Below, in pieces: positions 54,311-64,000 of a stretch of 64,000 bases of DNA. A model generated the notes under the pieces. It saw nothing but the letters and a program-made list of their open reading frames with translations, made no database searches and was not told where the DNA came from. How positions within the stretch are numbered: position 1 is the stretch's first letter; each line of letters opens with the position of its first letter. The position numbers and the translations under genes were made by a program. Source of the stretch: Camelus dromedarius (lineage: Eukaryota); NCBI RefSeq assembly GCF_036321535.1, contig NC_087438.1, forward strand, positions 26,908,001-26,972,000. The letters run 5' to 3'.

Positions 54311-54696
54311 TTTGTTATAACCCCGGTGCAGCCATCCAAGGACTTGAATAGACTGCCAAGGCATCAGTCCTGGGGGGCCTGTCCTTAAGCCAAACTTCCA
54401 CCCTGCCAGCTCCTCTCTTCCGCCCACGACCCTAGCTGCCCGAGCCTTCCCCTCTGCCCCTCTAAACAAAAGACAGTCATGACAATTTTAGTACTCAGCT
54501 CCTTGGATCTTTCCAGAGGGGTGGCAGGGCACTGATTGGAAATGAAGTTGCAAAAGGACACGGGTTAAAGGACACTGGTGAGAAATTAGAATGGAAAGAA
54601 AAGAAGAACTATTAAGGGGTTTCCTTTCATCTACTGTCCCAGCTCAGGATGATGACAAAAGCCTTCATAAGTATGTGGAATGGGGGTGGGGGGAGG

Positions 54697-54850
54697 GGGG
54701 AGTGAGTAAAGCTCAGTGGTAGAGTATGTGCTCAGCATGTATGAAGTCCTGGGTTCAATCCCCAGTCCCTTCAGTAAGTAAGTAAGTAAGTAAATAAATA
54801 AAATCAATCAATCTAATTGCCTCCCCCCTAAAAATAAATTTTTGTTTTTA
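54697..54850 (+). mobile_element. Camelid SINE, long form with (AAGT)n(AAAT)n
   Basis: GCTCAGTGGTAGAGTATGTGCTCAGCATGTATGAAGTCCTGGGTTCAATCCCCAGT; CTAATTGCCTCCCCCC extension; imperfect TSD AAGTATGTGGAA/AAGTATGGGGAA. Confidence 0.9.
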
Positions 54851-57127
54851 AGAAGTATGGGGAACAGGAGATACAATTGCCAGCATGCCAGTCCTCCATG
54901 GAAATTACACAGGTAGCAAAATGAATGCCCACCACTTTTCTCTTACTTTGCTTAAGTTATTAAACACCCTGGGTTAGTGTAAAAGCTTGATTTTTCTCCC
55001 CCAGGACCATTAAAACCATGTCCTGTAAAGGCTGGTTTAAGTAACATTCTAATCACCGACTGCTCAGTGACTGTACAATGATAATTAATCTCTATGAAGA
55101 TTCTGATTCAACAAAGAAAGATCAAATAATATTCACTATAGTTTTTATGTGGAATACATTTGATCACATTCTGAGTCTCTGAAAATAGGTCATTCATCTT
55201 TCATGCACATTAACCAGAGCATGTTTTCTGGCTATATCAGAAAGCACACTTCACTCTCTTTCTTAACTCCAGATCTCCAGTTTTCTTTTTGAATTCCCAT
55301 TTATCTTCTTGCGAAATATGTGCCCAAAAGAACAACAGGAAAAAATTTTCTCAAGGCAATATTTGTTTTGAAGAGTGTATCCCTGTTACTGGACACCACC
55401 CAGCTGTTGGAGACCCTGGAGGCTGAGAGTCTGAGGTTCTGACACTGTTTTCAAACCCCAAAGCACAGCAGATCTTCATCTTAGTTTCAGAGAAGTCATT
55501 ATCTTCATTTTCTTTTTTTTTTTTTTGGACACTGGAGCTGACCCCCTAAAGATAAGAACAAACAATATGTTCTGTCTTCCCCAAGAGTGCTGCATCAGCG
55601 TGTATTTTCCACTTAAAGCTTTTAAGTATTTGACTTATACATTTACGAACACCCCCAGTGGACTGTTAGGGTTTGGTATAATCTCCAAGAAAACTGGCAT
55701 TAAAATAGACCTTTTCCCAGCAATAATAATCTCATTTACGATAAATTATTCTATTCTCAGTACCTTTGAGACATGTGAGAGCTTTTATGTAATAAAGATG
55801 CCATTTATTTCCGAATATTTTAATGCATGTTTCCATATTTTCCTCATTTTTAACGCAAGGGCCGTTGACAGAATTGCAAGAGAATGTCTTTTAAAAGCAA
55901 ATTTACGGCAGATGTTCCAGTGAGATGGATGGGAGCATGCGTCACTGCAGAGCTATACTGTTGAAAAGAGCAGGGTCAAGATGTTCTAATTCTCATTTAT
56001 GTGTATAAAAGAGTAACCTCTACAGAGAAAGACAATGGTATTGGGTAAATTGATAAGATACAAGAGCCTTCCATTCAATGTGGGCTCCATCCTTTGATTT
56101 GCTGTATGAACTTCGTGGTTGCTTCTCAGATGCCCCACCTGAAATACAGGGGGAGAGGGACAGATGTTGGAGAAAGCCACGGTGACAACTGAGAAGAGAG
56201 TCGAGTCGGAGCTTTTATGTGTTAACTGAAAAGAGAGGCTGTTTTGAAAGGACAGAGACTCAAGGAGCAGATAGTATGGTCTTTGCTAGAAGTTTGACTA
56301 TTTTGATTTTCTAAACTTTTGTTTCAGAGTGGCTCTTTAGGTGCTTTCTATCTGAAAAGCCACCTGGATGTTGGTTCCTGATAGGGAAGGTGGTAACAGG
56401 GTTACTGGAAAGGGAGATAGTGTCGGAGTCAAAATATACATCTCCTTGCTTCTGTGATTTTAATTTATGCTAGACTCTTGGGGCAGAAAAACATTTTGAG
56501 AAACTCCCCCAGATACGTAACACTGATATGCTTCCTAACTAAGAACCACTGCATTAGTATGAGATTTAACCTCAATCACATGTACTGACAAGAAAATGCG
56601 TTCTTGACATGAGCGATACAGCACTTCTGGGGTAAGATGTCAACTCTCACACATAGCTCGCTGATGTTCTTTTAATAAAATGCTCGGTGCATTTTCTGGA
56701 TATGAATACCATCCATCAGTAAGAGTAAGCCATTGACTCTGGATCAAGCAAATGTCAAAGTCACACTCCGGATAAAGGAGTTAAACTCTTCCAGGTGAAG
56801 TCTATAAAGCAGAGATCAAATTTTAGTTCTAGCCAGATGAGCTATTTTGGCCTTGGGGATGCCGCGTAACACTGCTATAAACATTGTATCTAGGCCTCTC
56901 AATTCCCTTCCAGGCACCTGGAAAAAGGAGAACAAATATAAGAGGCAAAGGATAAGTCAGTGTGAGGATGATGTAATAAAAGCGAAAGCTAGAAGGAAAT
57001 AGTAACGCACGCATCACCCTCCTCCTACATGCCAGGCACTGTGTGTATGTGCTGCCACTGTTACGATGGAGACGTGTAATAGGAAATGTCTAAGGATGCT
57101 GGACTCTGGGGACCAGTGGCTCAGATC

Positions 57128-57465
57128 TGCTCTGTCTAATATGGCAGCCAGTAGCCATGTGTAGTGACTGAACACTTGAAATGCGGTCAGTGCAAAGGAA
57201 GATGTGCTGTAAGTGTAAACAACATACCAGATTTTATACTGGATTTTAAAGATTTGGGTTCAAATGAAAGAATGGAAATTTTCTCTTTTTTTTTTAATAT
57301 GGAATAAATGTTGACCTCATAATATTTTGGATATTGGCTTAAATAAAATATATTATTAAAATTAATTCACCTCTTCCTTTTTACCTTGTTTACATGCATG
57401 ACCACTAGAAAACAAAATGACACATGAGGCTGGCGTTTACAGCTCTCCTTATAGGTCTATAGGGT
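57128..57465. mobile_element. MER33-like hAT-Charlie element
   Basis: TGTCTAATATGGCAGCCAGTAGCCATGTG..AACACTTGAAATG..GATGTGCTGTAAGTGTAAA. Confidence 0.8.
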
Positions 57466-57944
57466 AGCACTGGCTCAGACTGTTAACAGAAGTCAGCTCT
57501 GCTGTCTAGAAGGAGAAACAAAGGCCTCTGATTTAAGATGATAATCCATTGTTATCCAGAGCCTAGCAAAGATTCAGAGCTCTTCATAGGACTGAGCCTC
57601 CCAGTTGCTGAATATTTAAATGGAGGCACTTTGAATCCCCTAGGGACACAGGCTTTGACCAGGGGCTGCAGGGGAAAGCTCAGACTCATCCCCAAATGGA
57701 CAGAAGAGCTATGTCCCCCCCAGAAGAGAACGTGGTGATAGAAAAATGTGAGTGCTCAAAAGCCGTGTGAAGCGGCTGGGGTGAGGGGTGGCGCTGAAAT
57801 GGGGAAAAGGGAAAGAGGACTTGGAGCAATCAGGAATCAACAGGGAATCCATTTGCTCTTTCCAACTTTGAGATTTTAAATACTGAACAGGAATTCTGTG
57901 AATAAGAAAAGCTGATATTCACTGCACCTTACAGAGTGCCCCAT

Positions 57945-58585
57945 TACTGTATTAAATGTTCTATATGTACCAGCTCCTCCAATCTCATGAAAAGCCCTAT
58001 TAGGCAGGCATTACTATCGTTTCGTGGTGCAGATGTAGAAACCAAGCCTGGGATAGTTCAATAACTTGCTAAGTTTTCACATCTGCTAAATGGTGGAGCC
58101 GCGCTTGAAGCTGAAGGGTCTATGTCTCCCAGTGTAGACCATGCTCTGCACCACTGCACAGCTCAAAAGCCAAGCCCTCCCGTCTCAGAAGGTTCTAAGA
58201 GCCTTGGAGAGAAGGCAAGGGGTGGGGATGGGTCCCAGTCAAATTCCCTGGAGTCATTTTCAGGACAGTCCCTGGGAGCTGGGACCACAAAGAAAGCAGA
58301 TTAAGACAGAGTTAAGCAGATTAAGGTTAGGAGTTGAAAGTTTACATTTAGGTACATTTAGGGCAAGAAATCCAGGTACAGCATAGCTACTGAGGGTGTG
58401 GGCTCTGAAAGCCAGCTACCTGGGTTTGGATCCCAGCTCAATCACTTCCTAACTCTGCATCCAAAGGCATAGTTTCCTCAGCCATGAAATTGGTTAATTC
58501 CAGTAATTGCCTCTAAGAGTTGCAGAATCAAAGGCAATGCATGGGAAGTGCTTAGTAAGTACACATAGTAAGTCCAGCAAGAAAT
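57945..58585. mobile_element. Two MIR fragments
   Basis: GCAGATGTAGAAACCAAG..AATAACTTGCTAAG (minus) and CTGGGTTTGGATCCCAGCTC..AGTTTCCTCAGCCATGAAAT (plus). Confidence 0.75.
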
Positions 58586-59889
58586 GTTGGCTGTCATGAC
58601 AGTAGAGGAGTTCTAGGATAAAGCTCTGAAGTCTGGCTCCCCATCTCCGTCATCGATGCCTGCTCCCTACAAGTGAATCAGCATGTTTAGAGTTGATAAA
58701 ATGCAGAAGTCCTCATGAGCAAGCCAGCTTCACCTTGAGGCAGAGAAAGAGATGCAAAAGAAAAATTGCTATAACCTTGGGTCTTCTTCCTCAGGATATG
58801 AGAGGGTGTTGAGATACTTGAGGACATCTCCTGGATGCTCATTATTACAAGCAGTTAGGGTTAGGTTGACCTCCTTTTGCCCATAGTAAAGAAAGGCTTC
58901 TTTGCCTTGAGTGGTGAAGCATCTTGCTAGGGAAGAGGACCACCCACAAGACACCACACTGCGGGCTCAGCATCAATGGATGGCATAGCAGGGTGAGCCA
59001 GCAGTGTACCCAGGAGCTGCCTGCATCAGACACCTGCCAGGTGGGCTGGGCCAACACAAAGGGCAGAGGCGGTACTGGAGAATTTCTGCTCGTAGTGCTC
59101 AAGGAGTGGCATGGCCACAGCAGGCCACAGAGGAGGAGGAACACAAGGAGCTTCTGGAAGCTTTTTGAGTAGAAACTTCTTCTATTTAAAGTTCATCCAA
59201 CTCTACTTCCTTGTCTTTCGGAGGGATGCTTAGAAACTAGAGATATTTAGTTTTCCTGGACTTGGTGTGTCTCCTAGGAGGTGTTCCTCCAAAGCTCAGG
59301 CCAAGATGACCACAAGGAAGAAAATTTTATTGTGGCTAATGGAAGCCAAGGGATCATTTCAGAATGAGGGCACTAACTATTTCATTGCATTATGCATTAG
59401 TCAGGTAGAGGGTGAACCTGGACTGAAACTAAGGGAAAATAGTTCGGGGCCAGAACTTGAAGGGTGGGCTCTCCTTCCTTCCTGTGTCTCTATCAAAGAT
59501 TCCATGTTACAGGCAATGTAGTCTCTGAGCAGAGAAAAGCAGGTCCCTGGATATTACTGGCAAGAATTATCCCATCGAGGAAGACAGTCTGTATCACAAC
59601 AGGGAGTCTCAAATTAGTCAAAGACTTGGAATGGTTTCCTGATAAATGAAATGTAATCAATTGTGGTGACTGCTTTTGGGGATATTACATGTCTTGTTCC
59701 TTTCTCTTTGTTTACTTTGGATTGCCACTGAGGTCAAGTGCACAGTTGTTGATCTCATCCCAACAGCCTGGAATACACGAGCACATCTGCAGGCCAGGAC
59801 ACAGCACTCCAATGACCAGATGCAAAACACGGTGTTTAGTGAACCACACACTGGAGGGGACACAGTCTGGCAACAATCTGTAGCCATTG

Positions 59890-61083
59890 GAAAACGATAT
59901 GTGTGTTTTTTTTCTAGTGACATTTTAAAAAAGCAATATGACAACACAAAATGTTGAAGTGACTTTAACCCTCATACATTGCTGGTGGGAATATAAATAA
60001 AATAAACACCTAGAAACCTGGGCTGAATGCATAAATACCTTATGTTTCAACAATTCCATTCTTACGAACGTACCTAACAGAAATATATACACACATGCAC
60101 CAAGACACAAGTACAAGAATGCTCACAGCCAAGCAACTCAAAAAAGCCAGTATAGGCACACCTCTTATGTACAACATCAATATCTGCTCGGCCCTGTCTT
60201 TGCTGTTGCAACTGATTTCATGCAGGCTTTGGTTTCCTGCAGGCATCGCTCATGCCTTGCCGAGGTCCTGCTCCAAGTACACCTGACTTTCTGCAATGCA
60301 GCCTCTCTGACTTGGGATTCCCTTGGAAAACTCATGCGTGCACGATCTAGGAGAACAGAAGAATTTATGCTGGTAGGATGATCCTTGGCCAATGGGAGAC
60401 AGGAGCCAACAGGCAATTTGGATAAATTTTTCTACTTCTGGTAAACAGTTCTGAAATGCATTTCAGAAGGTCCCTTAGAAGATGCTGGTAGGATTAAACA
60501 CTAGCTAACTGTGAGAGTAATTAATTTTACAAAATATTCATATATTGGCCTTCCCTCTTTTCCTGTTTCACTCTCCCTAGCCTGCATACCTACTCCCAAG
60601 GGAAATATTCCCGAATGACATGTATTCAGGCAAGCATCTGTTTTGGGTGACAGTCCCCTTTTGGGGGAACCCAGGCTAAGATAGCTCAATTTGGAAACTA
60701 CCCAGAAGAAGAATGAATAAATAAATTGTGGAATAGTCATAGAAGGAACTGGTGAATTCCAGTCCAAAAACGAAGGAATTCACAAATAAAATGTCAAATC
60801 AAGAAACTAGCTAGAAAAGAATATATGCCCTGATTCCATTTATACAAAGTTCAGAGGCAGAAGGAAATGATGGTATTAGAAGTCGGGAGAGGGGTTACCT
60901 TTGGCAAAGGCAGAAGGGGGCAGTGATTGGGAGAGGTTATGAGGGGGCTTCTGGGTATTCTGTCAACATTCTCCTTCTTGAACTGGGTATTTTTCTGTGG
61001 TGCTCAGCTTATGGTAATGCCTTGAGCTTGGCTTTTAGATTTTGCACATTTTGTGTTATACATGAATAAACACTGTTTCAAAA
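59890..61083 (+). mobile_element. Old L1 (L1ME-like) 3' end, split by an LTR16-like LTR
   Basis: CATACATTGCTGGTGGGAATATAAAT, TGAATAAATAAATTGTGG, GATTCCATTTATACAAAGTTCA, GAGGGGGCTTCTGGG blocks. Confidence 0.75.
60190..60682 (+). mobile_element. ERVL solo LTR (LTR16-like)
   Basis: Ends TTTTGGGGGAACCCAGGCTAAGATA; internal TTGGCCAATGGGAGACAGGAG. Confidence 0.7.
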
Positions 61084-61291
61084 CAGCTTAGAATCAAGAG
61101 ATTGTGATGACCCACTCTTTACTTAACAATGTGCAAGCTGGTTTTAGGAAGACAATAATTTATGTCCAGAGTCTACCGCAGGAGACGCCAATCCCAGCTC
61201 CTTCCCTAGCCGGGCGGGTGACATGAATATGTGAAGATGGCCCAGTGGGACTGTGATTCTCTGAACAGGGTAGGTGCTCTTTAGTTCTAGC

Positions 61292-61595
61292 CAGTGCTGT
61301 GATAGTAAACTGGTAGTCCAAAACAAGACAAAGCACCGCAAGTAACCGAGCAGAGAGGGAGGGAGAGAAGGAGGAAGGAAGGAAGGAAGGGAGGAAGGAG
61401 GAAAGGATGGAGGCAGGACTAGGAAGGGAAAGAAATAAAAACCCTAATTTGTAGTTTGGCCAGTGTCCGAGGTGTAAACCCCACCGTGGCTGTTTTCAGG
61501 CTATCAGCTGTTTAACAACGAGCCCACAGCATTTCTGAGCACTTCATCGCTGGCTCCTATGAGCCAGTCAGAGCTGGCTCCAGCCTACCACCGAC
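61292..61595. mobile_element. hAT-Tip100 (Zaphod-like) deleted element with internal (GGAA)n tract
   Basis: TAATTTGTAG..GGTGTAAAC..CACCGTGGCTG, GTTTAACAACGAGC and GAGCTGGCTCCAGC resemble recalled Zaphod termini. Confidence 0.5.
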
Positions 61596-62859
61596 TCTAG
61601 CCATTAGCTGCCATGTGTGAAAATGGTTTCAGTGTGTCCTGATCTTGAAAATTTTCAAGTCAGAAATCTGGATTTGTATGTGAAAACTCTCGATTTTTAA
61701 ATGCTATCAACTACTTCACATTTTTCCAAAACACTTTGCAAACCAAGGGAAAAAAAAAAACTGAACACCTGCAAATTAGATTTGGCCCTTAAAAACACCA
61801 GGTTTTGACCCCTGGTCTACAGACGAAATCTTTTAAGGAGAGACACTCAGCCTCACTGATGAAGCATAACTTTTTGGACACAAAGAATTGAGAACTGACG
61901 CTGATTGGCCGTACAGCATAGTGTATGGAGTCTTACCTGGGAGTTGGAAAATTGGGTTCTAGTCCTAGTTTTCCTATTGAAATTGCCTTGCTTACTAGGG
62001 CCTCGGTTTCCCCATCTGTATTAGGATGACTTCTGAAGACATTCTTCTCATGCCAGAACTTCTACGATTATGTAATGAGCATAAAAGCATGTGAGGCTAT
62101 CCCTTGGGACTGGATAAACTTCACAACATGGTGGGGACAATTTAGTGGTATCTGGAGACACCAATTTTTCAGACATTCCAGGTCTGAAGGACACCGCTTT
62201 CTCTCCTTCCGCTCCTGTCACTCATAAAGGTGAGGTTTCCCCCCGGCCATCAGTCCAACAATGCCACTGGCCTGCTGGGGAAGTCCAGTCCTAATGCTCT
62301 GTAGTCCTCAGATGCCTTGATTTCTGCGGGAGAACAGATCCACCTTCTTGAAAGGAAACAAAGCAGAGCAGGAAGACTTCACCTGGGCTTCTCTGTGGCT
62401 CTGCCACTTGATAACTGGGGACTTCAAAGCCTCACTTTCCTCACCTGAGTTCCCACTTCACAAAGACAGTGACAAGAACCATCAGCAGCTTAGGAGTGTC
62501 AAATAAATGTTCATCACCATTATTGTGCTACAATTTATCAAGGCGTCTATTTAGAGGTGCTGAACAGCCAACAGCTCATTAAAACTTAATCTTATGTCTC
62601 CTTGTGTTTCATTTGGTCTCCTTTACTCTGTTATTTTAGAGACTCAGCCAGAGCTAATATTTCTGCAAAATCCAGACAGGTCTGGACACAGATACTCTGA
62701 TCTAATCCAAGTTTACAGGCTGAGGAATGCTCACAGAGAGATGCTGCTATATATTCTGCTGGAGAAAATTCACATGACAGGAGGAAAAAGATTCAAACTT
62801 TGAATATCTGAGAAGGCAATTGGGTAGTTTAATCTGTGCTATTAATTTATTTTTAAATA

Positions 62860-63103
62860 ATATGTATAAGTTCTCTAAAGACAGGATCAGTAATTATATC
62901 AGAGCTTGAGATAAAAAATAGGTCATACTGATTCTGTTTTTATTTGAAATTTTGAGATTTTGTTCAATAATTTTTAAATTAATTTTTATTTTTAAAATGT
63001 TGCATTGAAATCTGATCATCACAATCACTGAATTTTTGGCACCCCTTTAAATTTTGCAGTTGAAGTAAGCGTGCCCCACGGGACCCACCCAAGTCCCAGC
63101 CTT
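62860..63103. mobile_element. MER96B-like hAT element
   Basis: TTTTGGCACCCCTTTAAATTTTGCA...CACCCAAGTCCCAGCCTTG terminus. Confidence 0.55.
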
Positions 63104-63479
63104 GCTTACAGTCCTGTGAGTGCCCTAAGCCAATAACCACATAGTGGAAGATTTTGTGTGTGTGTGTTTTTGATCATTTCTAGTTGAATTCAATCAAGAA
63201 TATGACTCAATATCTTCACATAATGAGGCAAGTTTTCATGGAGAAAGCCTGAACTAGGAGTCAGAAAACCAGATTGTAGTTTTAATCTGGGTGTACTAAA
63301 TTGCTTGAGTACATTACTAGACTTCTCTGAAATTCTGTTTCTTTGACATTGAAATAAATATAAGCAATGCACAGTTTTTTTGTTGCAAGGCTAGAATACC
63401 TAAATGCTTTAAATATTATGTTAAAATATCCATTTTGATTCCTGAGACTTTTGGCATCCTCTCCATGTGCAAGGAGTCT

Positions 63480-63850
63480 TTCTAAGAGTTCTTGGTTGCA
63501 AGCAACAGAATTCAATGTGGTGACCTCAGTTATATTATTGGACTATATTGATTATTTCACCAAATGTCATTGAGGGCTAGATAATTAGGCTTGGAGACTA
63601 CTCAGCTATGACCAACACTAGTTTTTACTCCAGGACAGACACTGCTGTTACAGCGTGGCAGGGGAACGTCCACTGGGATCATTGCAGCCTTGGCCTCTGC
63701 ATAACAAATGTCTCTCTGTCACTCTCATCAGAAGTCTTCCACCCAGCACTCATGACTCTCCTCCAAATCAGATTCTTGCATGGGTACCCTTGAAGAGGAT
63801 GGGCCCATGCCTCTAGCTGCAAAGAAATTTGGGTCAATGAGTTTCTGGCT
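63480..63850 (-). mobile_element. Old MaLR LTR (MLT1K/L-like)
   Basis: TTCTTGGTTGCAAGCAACAGAA start; CCCATGCCTCTAGCTGCAAAG near end. Confidence 0.6.
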
Positions 63851-64000
63851 CATTCCTGGGGAAGTGGGATCATAAATCTGGAAATTTTCAAACCAAAGAA
63901 GGACACTGGGAAAGTGCTGGGCAGCCCAATGGTATGACGAATGTCCACTGCACAAAATGGTTTCTGCAGGCTCAGGCAGCATTCATGGGTGTCTACATAA

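Overview
Mammalian non-coding DNA, most likely camelid. The organism call is an inference: the only young SINE is a tRNA-Ala(AGC)-derived, Vic-1-like element, L1 3' ends are cetartiodactyl-type, and I saw no BovB/Bov-A, PRE-1 or CHR-2 copies. I found no protein-coding gene I can support, so the window is intergenic or deep intronic. It is dominated by transposons: young and old L1, L2, CR1, MIR, camelid SINEs, ERV1/ERVL/MaLR LTRs and hAT/mariner DNA elements, several of them nested with readable target-site duplications (TSDs). Four N-gaps (6298-6426, 26784-26912, 27275-27432, 28853-28991) lie in or next to L1s. Best-supported curiosities: a ~4 kb L1 with a twin-priming 5' inversion and TSD, a two-LTR ERVL remnant, and two solo LTRs, one with TATA, a splice donor and downstream acceptors. 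Weaker candidates are a CpG-enriched multi-exon transcript near 9-10.5 kb and several compact motif clusters or hairpins in unique sequence. I see no convincing evidence of a novel biological system. Repeat subfamily names come from recalled consensus sequences rather than a RepeatMasker run, and boundaries of old repeats are approximate.
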